A DNA stretch of 61,740 bases, filler included, from Hausera hauseri (taxonomy: Eukaryota): the NCBI GenBank assembly GCA_046269625.1. It is 12 parts of 12 records of this genome, joined end to end, with 100 filler letters (N's around TTAATTAATTAA, not from the genome) between each part and the next. Parts side by side here need not be neighbours in the genome. Positions count along the whole stretch, not along the records: positions 21,334 to 27,120 come from JBJURY010189638.1; positions 27,221 to 32,388 come from JBJURY010317162.1; positions 32,489 to 36,942 come from JBJURY010573228.1; positions 37,043 to 41,879 come from JBJURY010418698.1; 8 more parts are not named here. One strand, 5' to 3'. Made by a program: the position numbers and the translations under genes. A model generated the notes under the pieces. That model saw nothing but the letters and a program-made list of their open reading frames with translations. It was not told the origin of the DNA and did not search any database. Below are positions 25,721-38,904 of the stretch, in pieces. Position 1 is the first letter of the stretch, and every line of letters starts with the position of its first letter.

Positions 25721-27509
25721 AGATTAGGACAAATACCGAAAAAATATAAATGAATTGGAAGACGAAATAAAAAGGTTTGAACTGCTATATAACATGCACT
25801 ACAGTCAAAGTGATAACGATTATCCCCTTTTGACACCAATATTGGTCAGAGTATATAGTAATTATGTTAATGCGGAACTTTATCCCACAAACCCATTGAC
25901 TCGTATAAACCTACGGTTATAAATACGAATTACCCATTATATACCCTAAGCTGGTGGTAAATTAAACCTAACTATAGGATATATAGATGTTATTTGTTTT
26001 GCCAACCCACAAGAGTCGTATTCTAATCTCACTATTGGTTTAGATGTACTATAAAAGTTAATTGGAGCAGAACTCAAAGTCATCTCTCGATCTAACGTAT
26101 TCAACGGCGATGGCTACCAAGATAAAAAACCTGAACCTAATGATCACTGGTGGTTCGCGTCGGGAAAAGAGAATGTTCCACCCTCATTAAACTATGTTAC
26201 TTTAAATCAAACTACCGAACAAAATACAGAATCTACAGTAGCCCGGGAAATAATGCAAACCCGAGTAGCAGAAACACCCTCAGCTAATACTCCAAGAGCG
26301 ATTTTTGGAACTCCCTTTAATTTTTCTACCATAACCTTGATAACCTTAATACTATTCATAATACTTAGATACGCAAACACCCAACCAACCCAAACAACTA
26401 CTACAACTGACTCCTGGATTAGTACAGTGGTATTATTGCTAATATTTGTATATTAAATATTCCAAAATAGTACTACATGCGATGAAGAAGAAACAGATAA
26501 CCTCTTTTCGAATGATCATACAAGAAGACAAGTACCCCTACCTTCAGTAGTTAATGCGGACACATATTCAGTATCTAACGTAACGAGTATCCCAAAGAAA
26601 TTACCACAAAACTCTTCACGCGATATATCAAGAACTACATCGACAGCTTCTATGTATGTTTGACCTAACAGGAGTACAAACGACGAGCCAAGTCCACGCA
26701 CCTACAAGTTATACAACCATAAGTAAAAATTATAAGAAGCAGAGAAGAATATCAGACTCATAAGAAAGGAAACTAAAAGGTACCAGCCTGATAAAACCAA
26801 GAAACTCCCAGTAAATCATAAACCTAAATCAATGAGATCGGATCACGTTGAAAGAGCATAACACAAAGAAACCAAACCATTAGAACAAAATTATGCTGAA
26901 CTACGCCAACAAAAAGGAAAAAGTCTACCACCATTTCCTTTAACGCAAGAGGCTGCAAATCGACATCGATTATAGAATTTCCTACTGGTCACCCCAGAAC
27001 GTATTAATTATGCTCAAGAACTAGTTCAAGGGATCCATAAATCGTGTAGCGGAATTAAGAGATTTTTTCGTTAAGTATCATGAAAAATGGGGGATAACAG
27101 ATGAACAATATAGGCCCATANNNNNNNNNNNNNNNNNNNNNNNNNNNNNNNNNNNNNNNNNNNNTTAATTAATTAANNNNNNNNNNNNNNNNNNNNNNNN
27201 NNNNNNNNNNNNNNNNNNNNTAGCATAATTACGGATTCATGCATGCTTGTATGTGAGCAAGGCTTACCTTGGATTTTGTTTAAACTAATCAATTTTCAAA
27301 TTATGTGGCAAGTTCATACAGTTGATGCACTAAAACAAAGGTACAAATGCGGTATGTTGGCAATACAAGTGCAACATGTTGGCAACAATATGCTGTACTG
27401 AATTTACCCTACCATTAAAATTATTTATTTCCCCTTACATTTGTGTTTTGTTTTACTGTATCAATTATCAAATTCAAATAAAAATAGACAGCTAACGAGA
27501 ATCTGGTAT

Positions 27510-27720
27510 GATGTCATATACTGTATGACAAAATGAAATACACAGTATTATGTATGAAATATGGAATACAGCATGGGATATGATATATGAAATGTGATGT
27601 ATGACATGTAGAATATGATGTGTTAAGTATGGACCATTCTTTCGTCCCCCCAGGAATATAATATATGTAATATGCATGAAATACTTAGGTAATATGGATA
27701 AAATATGAGTAATATAGACA
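27510..27720. repeat. Degenerate (ATATG/ATG)-rich low-complexity tract
   Basis: Repeated atatga/atgtga/atatgg units. Confidence 0.55.
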
Positions 27721-27759
27721 AAATATTAGGGAAAAATGGCGACTCTCCTTCAATCGATA

Positions 27760-28565
27760 AACCACCGCGGGTTGCACCGAGTGCTAATCGATAATGTACA
27801 GTGCCAATCCATAGTGTTCTGGGTGCACTATTGATGGGCATAATTTGGTATCGATCGAGCACATCGGAACCGTTTCCATAGCGGTTTTGTGAAAAGTGCA
27901 AATCGACCGTTTCACGATGCAGTATTGATCGAATCGATCAGACCAAAGTGCTAATCGATAGAGCACAGTGCGAACATTGATTATCACAGTGAAGGTGTGC
28001 AGCACATGTGGAAATGGGTGCAAATCAATAATAACGGTTTTCCGATAATTCCAATATTGATGATTGGCACATTTTGAAAGTGCAGTTCGATCAAATAAAG
28101 TGTGCTCTATTCTACTGTGAAATTACAATTTAAATTTATCGTCCCGTTTTCAAATAGTATCGATTCAAGATTTCACTAATGGAGAGTAGCCATAGGCCTT
28201 CACAGCCAGGGGAAGCAAAATTCGACAAATTTTTAAGCGTGGACACAAAGGAAATCCCACATGTTTACCCGGACCACTATCTCAGTTTTCCAAAATTCGG
28301 TGAACAACTCTAATAAATGTCGATTTTCACAGAATAATATCGAATATCTTGACAACCATAAATTATTCGAACAACTTGAGAGCGCCATTCGATTACCCAT
28401 ATGTGAATACATCTACAGAGGAATTTTCACATGTGTCGTACATGTGCAAGTGTGCCTTATTCAATAATAACGGTTTTTCGATAAAACCTATAAAGTTGAT
28501 TTTAACACACAAGGAAGTGGATATCAAAAAATGTAAAAGCGCACACATATAGAAACTATTATGTG
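27760..28565. repeat. Second copy of the ATCGAT/GTGCAC-rich interspersed repeat
   Basis: Shared blocks such as caaagtgctaatcgatag, aaattcgacaaat, cgataaaacctataaagttgatttt. Confidence 0.75.
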
Positions 28566-29449
28566 ATAGTAGGTAGAAGTGTCCTCCCTTAACGAATTCT
28601 CAAAAATCGCTCAAATCGACCTTAAAATCAGTTTTCCCAACCTATCTCGCAATTCTGAGAATTTCATGTCTGGTGGTCGGAGACCCCCAGGGACAGAGGA
28701 AGGTCGGACAATGGACTTTGGACCGAGACCAATCGGTCGCGCCAGATAAAGCAAACAAAAGTTAACAGCGCCGCGAAGCCGAAAAATGTAACCCTGCGGC
28801 ACGGAAGGCGGAAGAAGAAAAATGGGCAATGTGCAACCGGCAACGCAACACATGTTGCTGGTATACCGAAATTTTGTACAGAGGTAAAATTTATGTTGGC
28901 AAGTCGAATGGACACGTATTTTTCGTCGTCCAACTAAGGAAATATGGGAAAATTCGGTTGGGCAAATTTCCGTGGGGTAAAATTTTCCCCTGTTCAAGTC
29001 TACCGGTCATGGAAATTGGTTTCAAACATTGCCCACAAGTTGGGAAAATTTTCATGTTACAATCACTTCACGATAAGACCAACGGATCCGGGTGAAAAAT
29101 ATAACCGAAAAACGCATTGTTAAAAAGTTAAAATCATCATCATCATCATCGTCATTATCGTTGTAAATGAGTTCGTTTTGTAAAAATCGTGATTTTCATT
29201 TTGTACGACGACTGCGACGACGCTGAAAACCGAACGGTTTACGATCGCATAAATTATCACAAGGTCATAATTTAGTACTACTACTACTCACAAGGAGAAT
29301 GATTCTGATCAAAAGTGCAATGATGGTAGTGGTAATGGTGATACCTGAGACCGTGTGCCTACAAACTAATGAGTACCACCAAATGTGTAACGGGGATATT
29401 GAAATGACATAACAACAGCAACAGCAATATAACAAGTTGTATACTTCAA

Positions 29450-29730
29450 AATCATAAAAACAGTCTGTCTGTCCATTCAGAAAAGCGGAATACGTTTAGT
29501 CAATGTTCATAATAATGTCTGTAATGTAAGCCACAATAAGCAGTAATGTCCACATAGTATAGTCACTGGATGTTGATAATGAAGTGTATTATATTCAACA
29601 TGATACTATGATATTGATGAAGTGTGTGTATTGACAATGAAGCAGCCAGTTTGTCGTAAATCATGCGACACACAGTCAAATGGAAACATGCCACGAAATT
29701 TCGCGCCAAAGAACAGTTTTCCGTAGTGAA
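29450..29730 (-). pseudogene. Polinton/adintovirus adenain-like cysteine protease, internally deleted
   Basis: RKFRGMFPFD...FIVNT and EYNTLHYQHPVTILCGHYCLLWL (Q...CG.YC catalytic motif); the His region is missing. Confidence 0.7.
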
Positions 29731-29809
29731 GGAGCTCAGTGATAGTAGTAGTAATCGAAATAAATTACTTCATAGTATGACAACGAGGAAGACAAAGAAA
29801 AAGTGAGAC

Positions 29810-30950
29810 ACAGCGGATTTTATTTGAACAATGAAGTTTCCATTTTTCGTTATTTCAACCTCGACATCACATACACCGTAAATGGATTGCTCCAACGCTT
29901 TAGCATAGTGAACCTCCAGTCTCAGGTTTCTCTGCTGAGGTAGTTGAGTCTGTTCAACGTCATAATGTTGATCCAGGAAAAAGGCGAAGAATGTATAGGT
30001 GAACTTGAACAAATCCAGCGATATTCCATTGTTGACATTTTTGTTCAATAAACCCATGTTGCGCACGATAGATTGCATGTATGTGCAAACATAATCGCCG
30101 GTCTTGAAATCCTGCTCATATGTATCAACGAAATCTCTATTCTTACCCCCATTGATGTAATTCACATCGCTATGGATAAACGTTTCCGAATCGGTGGTAT
30201 AACTTCCCGTTTGTTGAGCAGTCGTTTGAAATGTAACAAGCACAAATTTCGGCAATCGCATGTCGCCAAACAGTGCATTTTTGTAAAACCTCGTTGAACC
30301 TTTTAGTTTGGTGTAAAACACGAGTTCTGTGCTTTGTAATGGGTAACATGGCATTTTGTGTTTCCAAGCCCAATCGACGTCCCATGAATACAGATGGTTC
30401 TACCTTACACGACAAACGTATAGTCGTGCCTCTGTAATATTCATTATGGGTTTAAGATTTGCAACTGCAGTTTTCAAACAAAAGACAGTGTCGCTGTGTT
30501 TGAGCCGAATCATGGCTTTAACACCAGGCAGTAGGTATTTCGGCTGATCGGAAAATCTAAGTACAGCGGTCCACACATAGTAAGAGCTTTTGATTCTGCC
30601 ACCCATGCCTGACGGTTTGCTGAAGTGGCGTCATATCCGATGATTTTCGTCAAATGAGTCGTTTTCGTGTCTGCACTGTAATTCAGAGCCGTTTCAATGA
30701 GTGGTTTGATACCGTACAGACTGGTCTTGCCTTCAATTTTGACGCTGTTTAGAGTCAGTGAAACCTCCTGGAACAGTGTGAAGAAAAGGTAATTGGCCGG
30801 TGTGACAGTGTCTATTGCAGCAAGAACTGTTGATGCTTCTTTTTTAACAATTACTTTTAGCGCGTTATTACATAGAGTAGCGTGTCATTCAAATCGGTAT
30901 ATTCATTGTCTGCCGCCATAATGTTACATTGAATTCCAATGTTAATGTCC
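29810..30950 (-). pseudogene. Polinton/Maverick (adintovirus) major capsid protein, frameshifted
   Basis: EYTDLNDT, PANYLFFTLFQEVSLTLN, IETALNYS, QPKYLLPGV..IRL, EARLYV, LPKFVLV, NGIS...F...YTFFAF, NLRLEVHYAKAL. Confidence 0.82.
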
Positions 30951-31061
30951 GTTAAAACAGAATCAACAGGGTACATTTTTTCAAAAGCTGAGTTATGAAT
31001 AACAACTTGTGATGTGGCTTTGTCAAATATACACAATGCAGATTTTGCATTCCTCTTTTTG

Positions 31062-31228
31062 TGCTAATGTTTTTTTTAATATTTGATTTGTACATTTTTT
31101 CTTGATGTTCTGGCAATCTGAAAAATTTTAGTTTATTATGACTGATCACGAACCATATTCGATGAATATTTTTTATTTCGCCAGAACATCAAGGAAACAC
31201 TAAGTCAAATATTAGAAAACTATTAGCT
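31062..31228. repeat. Palindromic MITE-like element
   Basis: cttgatgttctggc (31101-31114) / gccagaacatcaag (31180-31193) with imperfect outer arms. Confidence 0.65.
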
Positions 31229-31534
31229 TGTCAAAAATAGTGAAAACGTTGTCAAAGTTCCAAATTCCAAAGCATAGTGGAAGGATATTCGAACAAGTGC
31301 GAAATGCTGTTACATTGAAAGGCAGCAGCAACTAAACGCAAATTACCGTCACAGTGGCAACGGTTATAAACAACTACAGTTTAGGATAAACAATGGCAGT
31401 AAGTATATGATGCTTTAACGATATGGGTGCATGGTTTTTATCATTTTGTCCCACTTTACCGAATTTTTCATTAACGTTTTGTTCTAATTGCTGCTATACT
31501 AACAAAAACGACATTATCGACAACATCGATGACA

Positions 31535-32388
31535 GCGATAGATGACGCGTGGTTCGATCCGCGTCATCTCGTTGGGCATACTGGCATCGACAAACTGGCA
31601 AAGACAGAGTTGGCGACAAACCAAACGTAGGCTGGGAAAACAGTTAACACATAGCCTAAACAAACCGACAAAAAGGCAATTTCCAATTCGTGCGTAACGT
31701 GTTGCAGGTATAAATAATGTATGGCAAATGGATCTATTGCAAATGATTCCGTACGCCAGCATCAACAATGGGTATCGGTAAGTGCTGACATGTATTCATA
31801 TGTTTAGTCATTTGTCACGTGTAATTATTGTCAAGTCTAAATCCTGTAAAGAGATTTCCGTCTATTTTCACAGATTAATTGAACAACAGCCGCCGAAACA
31901 TGTACAAATGTATTTGGTTAAAGAGTTTTACAACTCCCATGTCGCATTGGTTTGGAGGCGGTTCGGTGTAAACCACTACTCTGTGTTTTCACAATACAAG
32001 ACTACACTCGGTAAACCATTTAATCAAACCCTACGGGGCCGATTGAACAAATTCTTTTCCAAACAGGGCAATAAACGCTGGGTAGATGTACTACCGGATA
32101 TTATCCATTCATACAATCATTCGATACGTCGTGGCATCAATGGATTACGTCCGGTTGATGTATTCGATGATTTGGACATGTAGCTTTACCAAAACCTACA
32201 ACGGGAAGTTAATTGTCGTCCAACGTATAAAATTGGCTATTATGTACGCATTTCGCAGCTGAGCACAACGCCATTTATCAAGAATTTAAATCAGAACTGG
32301 ATCGATGTGGTTTTCCGAATTTCAGCAATCAACGCTAAACAATCACCCGTCATGTACGTTTAGGAAGACGAGAATGGTGAGGAGATAC
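31535..32388 (+). pseudogene. Polinton-type retroviral-like (rve) integrase
   Basis: WFDPRH, SLNKPTKRQFP, NNVWQMDLLQM..YASINNGY, CIHMFS, KEFYN, PFNQTL, RWVDVLPDIIHSYNHS, YKIGYYVRIS, QNW. Confidence 0.85.
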
Positions 32389-32765
32389 NNNNNNNNNNNN
32401 NNNNNNNNNNNNNNNNNNNNNNNNNNNNNNNNTTAATTAATTAANNNNNNNNNNNNNNNNNNNNNNNNNNNNNNNNNNNNNNNNNNNNTTATTTTACTTT
32501 TTATGAATATTGACTGTTTTATACACGGGTTTTGATAATAAAATTTGCACCATTTTTTGCCATGACTGATGGAGATATAGACGTTCCCAGATCAATTTGA
32601 ATATCGCCTTAAGTAATTTGGCTAGATAACGTTCAGATATAACAATATCCTACCGTTTTTGAGGCAGAAAATAACGATATTGAAACCTTTTTATTTGAGA
32701 CGCATTTGCACTTGTTCAAATCTCCTCCCCTGAGTGGAGAAATTTTGAACTTTGAAAAAAAAACC

Positions 32766-32990
32766 CGTTCTTTTCCTCGGGTAAATGTTCTTTTTTAATA
32801 TTCGATTTATGATGTTTTCTTGATGTTCTAATGTGTCCTATTGTCTGTGCTCATCTATGTGCATGGCTAAAATAAATATGAGATTAATTAGAGTGATTCT
32901 TCATTAGGCGAATACATTTTAGATTGACAGAATGTCAAGAAAACACTATAAATCAAATATTAAAGAAACATTCGCTCTAGAAAAGGAACG
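32766..32990. repeat. Palindromic MITE-like element, same family as 31062-31228
   Basis: taatattcgatttatgatgttttcttgatgttct pairs with agaatgtcaagaaaacactataaatcaaatatta; outer arms also pair. Confidence 0.65.
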
Positions 32991-33015
32991 AAAAGTTAGT
33001 CAAAGTTAACTATTT

Positions 33016-34200
33016 TTAAACGTAGTGAGGGGGTAAGCGAACAAGTGCTGAAATTCTGTCATTTGAAAACTTCTTGCTATTTAATTCCCATACAAACAAT
33101 AATTTTTGACCAACAGGTATTCGAGGGTTACCACATTCTGCAGCATTGGCAGGCTGCACCGCTTGGTTCATGGCAAATAGAAAGGTATTGAAATGGGTTA
33201 TATAATCGTTTGTTGATGTGTTGCTAAGAAATTTATTCGAAATTATCAAAGAATCTGGGCAATTCGTTGATTTGAAAGGAGTTGTTCGACGTTGTAAAGA
33301 TGCAGAAGATCTCGGTAAATGTTTACAATACCCATAAATTGCCACGTTGATTGACGTCTTTATGCAGTCAAATCTCCTCTTTTTGGTTTTTATTGTCCCG
33401 TCTCTCGTTAAATCACTTGAAATTGCCCCTGTAACATGGAAAAGAATTTTGTGGATTAATTAATAAACTTCTGCCATTAGTATTTGGCTAATTGTACATT
33501 GACGTAACATGAATGGCAAACTAGAAATTCGGTTTTAGTAAAATTTTGGTGGAAAAAAGAAACGAAAATTTTATGAAATTTTAAATTTCTCCACATGTTA
33601 GGGAAAATTGAAAAACAGCGAAATGACGTAACATTTAGAAGCACAAATTGTATAATTTTAGTTTTGTTTGCACAATTGTTTTTCATATTATTAATAAGAA
33701 AAAAATGTACTTGTAGAACTTGTAAAATTCCGACTGACGGTAAGGTACTGTTCCTTGGGAGAATTGCATAAGCAGTAGAATCGATGATACTCTGATTAAA
33801 AAAGTTATTGTAGATCTTTTCATCTGAGTTTTCTAAGTATACTCCTAGAAAATTACACAGAATTCCGAGTAGTTTTATGATACCTGTTGTCAAAGCACCG
33901 AAACGATTGAGGGTTATGCTTTTCGAAGTTTTATAGCGTCATAACAAACGGATTTACGTTATGCTTGAAGCTGTATGCATTTATTTATTGTTGCTAAGAT
34001 TTTCGCAAACTCTTTATGTGCCAACTGACTGAATATTTTATGTAACCATAGGATTTTTCTTTATTACGATGTGAATAAAGAAATTACCTGGACTTGAATT
34101 ACCTTTTAGTTCAGGATTACCTGTTTGTACTTGTTCATAATTCCCCATTGCCAAAGATGTATACAACAAACATTTTGAACTTTTCTACTTTTCCACTCAT
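33016..34200 (-). pseudogene. Unidentified multi-exon gene, probably decayed
   Basis: ATG near 34200, GT-AG short introns and open exons (33016-33430, 33710-33950), but with in-frame stops; no family recognised. Confidence 0.3.
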
Positions 34201-34879
34201 TTTCGATGGTTGATAGTGTGCCATAGCTATGGTGCGACGGCATACTACTGAAATACTAGTACTGGAAAAGGTTATAGTTGACTGCGCATTCGCTACTACA
34301 TACAGACGGGATATTTTAGTGGATACTTGGTAAAAGAACCAACTTTTGACTTACATATAAGACGAAGGTATTGTGAAAAAATATGAAGAAACTGTTTACT
34401 CAACAGTACAATTCTGTCTATTGTGGCTATCCAAAATCAATCATTGCTGATGACTACAAGCTTTCATCAGATGAACTGATCGGTACCAAGCTTAAAAAAA
34501 TACTACTTATTCTTTCGAATGAGCTGTACCAAAGTGTGTTTCCAGATGAGTTTATATAATAGTTATTCTAGTAATATTGCACAATAATAAATGCTTCTTG
34601 CATACGTGGCCCCTATATATTACCTATTGTAATTCGGTACTTCTTGCATTCGTAGTTATCATTAAGCAATTTATTGAAATTTAATATCTTACGAAGAGTA
34701 CAAAAATTTTAAACGTCCCCAAAAATAAATAGAGTTGACGACAGATCCTATAAACAAATCTTAACGTCAGATTTTATGGAGGAGTTTTATACTCCTTATC
34801 CAGACCCTACTGGCACACCACTGATTTACACAGACATTAAATCATAGTTAAACGAGTGATGAAAATTTTCTATACTTTC

Positions 34880-35600
34880 TAGAGGCCGACATTATTGAAG
34901 ACCAGGATTGTCTAGGACGAACACCATTAATGTACGCAACATATTACAGCAAAATGGATGTTATAAGATGGCTTCTTAAAAGGGGATGCAATGTGAATTC
35001 TTGTGATTTCAGTACGTGTTTGTGCTGCATTTCAATGACGTAATACATCCATTTCACAGACGAAATCTCATCGCTTCATTGGGCATGTTACTTGAATAAC
35101 ACGGAAATGATTGAATTGCTCTTGGAGGCTGGTGCGAAGATTAATAATCAAGATTCGTTTGGACGATCGGCGGTCCATTGGGCATGTACCTGTGGTACGT
35201 TAGAGTCACTAAAAATAGTGAGAAAACGTCCTATAGCAATTTTTACCGTGGTTCAGATTCTTATTGATTACGATGCTAATGTTAACTTGCACGACCAAAA
35301 TGGTTTAACTGCAACAATGTGGGCCTGTCGATTGGACAATCTTTTGCATTTGCAGGTTTTGAGTCGCGTTAAAAATCAGAAAATTGATCATATTGATGGT
35401 TATGAAAGAGACAGAAATGGTCGAACGATTATACACTGGTTAGTGAGACGTCAGTTGCCACTCGATTGTTTGAATGTACGACCAATTTGATATTTAACTT
35501 ATTTGTCACATCGCTTAAGTATTTGTTAAATGAGGAGACGGCACAGCTCAGAGATGATGAAGGGAAAACGGTTTTGTTACTGGCCAGTGAGCAAGGAGGA
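34880..35600 (+). CDS. Ankyrin-repeat (inversin-like) gene fragment with short introns, 3' truncated
   Basis: DCLGRTPLMYA, SLHWACYLNN..LLLEAGAKIN, DSFGRSAVHWAC, DQNGLTATMWAC, DRNGRTIIHW, DDEGKTVLLLA; ~30-50 nt GT-AG introns. Confidence 0.8.
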
Positions 35601-36124
35601 GGCGAGTGGGGAATTGAAGAAGTACAAAATTACGTAACACTGCGTACTTTTTTATCTTTTCTTGTAAAAGTAATTTTCATACTTCTAATCATCATAAAAT
35701 TCTCTACTTGAATAACTAATTTCCACGATAAAAAAACCGTTGTAAGTCTAATAATTGATTACCAATATCTGAAATTTTTCATTTTCTCTCTACGATCACT
35801 GTATTAGATTTTGTGTGTCATTTGATAGTTTTAGAATGAAAGTATTATGGCAAATGAATAGTGCGATTTTAAATATAGGTTTCACGTGAAATTATAAAGT
35901 TTTCATAATTCTCACGTAAAACTGAAGATTACTAATGAAACATTCTCGTTCCATGTCCATGGATGCTTTATGAAATGGTCAGAGGAAAGAAGGTTTCAGA
36001 AAGAGAACTAGACCAAATTGAGGAATACTGTGACAAAAAAAGCTAATGACAAGTCGAGTTCCGGGCGCTTAGATGTGAACTTTAACGTTCTGGCAGTCGT
36101 AGTTCCTGTTTCGTCTCCACGTTT

Positions 36125-36170
36125 TACAAATAGTATATATTGATGATATTCTAGTCTTTTGTAGTGACTG
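36125..36170 (+). mobile_element. Tiny LTR-RT remnant
   Basis: Translates LQIVYIDDILVF. Confidence 0.4.
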
Positions 36171-36330
36171 CGATTATTCGTCTCATAAATCTATAGATTG
36201 CTAACCACCGTTTTAAGACTTTCCAGTAATTGATCAAAATGAATTTCCTTCGGCATTGCATGGTTTAATTTTTCCTTCTTCTATTTCTGAGAGCTTCTGA
36301 GGGCATTTATACATTTGAAAGCGCCAGTTA

Positions 36331-36720
<390 letters not shown>

Positions 36721-37863
36721 TTAAGATGTACATTTTGGTGTAAAGCTTTTTATTCTAGTGCCATAAAAATAGTAAAAAAACAGAATAATTATGTCATCAT
36801 CTGCTTTAAACATCTCAGATTAACACTCAGTATGTGTTGAGGATGATTTTAAGCTCCTAAAAGACAAAATCGTTGTTTAATATCTGTAAAACTGACTGAG
36901 TTATAGCTAGTTTTGTGATAGCCAAGGGGGATTGGCTGTGGCNNNNNNNNNNNNNNNNNNNNNNNNNNNNNNNNNNNNNNNNNNNNTTAATTAATTAANN
37001 NNNNNNNNNNNNNNNNNNNNNNNNNNNNNNNNNNNNNNNNNNTATTTAGTTGAAATAAACAGTCTGGTTTTGTAATGCTTTGTTCACCGATATCAATTGG
37101 ATAACTCTGCGTTTTAAATAGCATTAAAATTCAATTCGGGGTATTTTGTGCGCTTATCGATTTTCTAACTGTCTTTTGAATAGTTGACTTCCAGTGAAAT
37201 GGCTTGTGAAAACTTGACAATCTAACACTACTTCCATTATCGAAAATATATAAATATACATCTTTTCACGTCTTTAAATGCTCTGTAAAATGATTCGGGG
37301 AAACTTTCAAAAATAGAAAAATATCAAATTGAAGTATACTATACTGAAGGAAGTTCATTCCTCTCAATAAGATTAAATCGCATACAGAATCCTTTGAAAT
37401 CATTACACTGTGAAAATTTTGCCAATACATGTTTTACAAATCGTTTCGAAATGCACATTTAGAAATACGTCTTTTCAAATCTTTGTTTATGTGAGCCCCT
37501 TTCGACTCTTGTATTTTTATAATCAATTCATCTTCATGAAAATAAACACTTCAATGGCAAACATCCCAACAATATTTATTAATACTCAAAAAACATATTC
37601 TTCCGTAGACGAGCCATTTTGTTTTTATAGCAGTATGTTCAGAACTAGTTGTGGTAGGGTAATTTTATAAAATAGTTTATTTAAATATTTCATTTTAAAT
37701 ATTTATTATTTTAAATATTTATGTTTCAGATTCAACATTGTCTGCTGACGTATTTATTTGATCAAGATATGATGCTTATAACTGAATTTTATGCTACAAT
37801 ACAGATAGATGTCAATGTATGAATTAGTTCAGAATAGCATTTGTTCAATCGACTTTATTTATT

Positions 37864-38338
37864 CATGGCATTCAGCAATTGTTTGATGACTCACAGGAAA
37901 CGTTTTGGCAGTCAGATGGACAACAACCTTATTAAGTAAACATTGAATTTCACCAAAAAACAATCATTTGTGATATTTGCCTGTATGTCAATGTAAAAAT
38001 CGATGAAAGTTACACCCCAAGCAAGTTTGCAACTTACTAATTTATGATTTATAATTGTTATTAGGACCGGTAATCATTTTGACGACTTGACGGAAATCCA
38101 ACATGTCGACACTCAAGAACCTGCTGGATGAATTGTTATTCCTTTGGCAGATAAACGAAAGCGGCCCATTTGAACGTGGATGTTGCAATTGGAAATTGTA
38201 GCTAATCATCAGAACGGTCGTGATACACATCTTAGACGAATTAAAATCCATACACCGAATGAAGACAGCGATGGGCAAGACATTAAAAATTCCATTTTTA
38301 ATTTGGATGTTACGCGAGCACTTTGCGGAAAGTTCTGA
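37864..38338 (+). pseudogene. ANAPC10: Anaphase-promoting complex subunit 10 (APC10/Doc1) pseudogene
   Basis: ETFWQSDGQQP, DESYTPSK, EPAG*I, ANHQNGRDTHLRRIKI; stops at 37933 (TAA), 38129 (TGA), 38171 (TGA). Confidence 0.88.
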
Positions 38339-38904
38339 ATAGGTGGTTTCCAAATGTATTTCAGTGTAAATAGTTGTTTATTTTATTTATCGGCTTGTCA
38401 GTTACCAAAAGAATTGTTATGTTGAAATGTATTCATAATTTTTTTTGTTTGTTGATTGTTTTTTTATTTATGTCGTAAGGTTTTACAATATTGTTGTTCT
38501 TTCCGAACAATGAATCATGTATGAAGATTGCAATTATTTATACAATATGCATACAGTCAATTTGGAAATGGCTATTTTAGGGTCATGGATGACATTCTTT
38601 ATGGGTTCCACTTAAGAAGGTTGACATGAAATTCAATTTTCACCGTAGAGTCAGCGATTCAAATGACATTTTATCTGTATTTATTCGGTGTTTCTTTTTA
38701 TCAATATTTCGATCCTTTCATATTTTCGTCTATTTTGTCATTTGTACCAATAAGTTTAGGAAAATGCCAACAACTTTGATTCAGAAGATAATCGTAATAT
38801 TTTGGACAATAGAATTAGGGTTTCGTGAGTAGATAATAACTGCTCTTCAGATTAAATCAAAAAGTCAAAACGAAAATTTATTTACAACGAAAACCTATCC
38901 AACA

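Noticed and set aside
37933-38173. Alternative genetic code or stop readthrough explaining in-frame stops
   Set aside because: Stops replace different residues (L, W, R) and co-occur with frameshifts and deletions elsewhere; ordinary decay fits better
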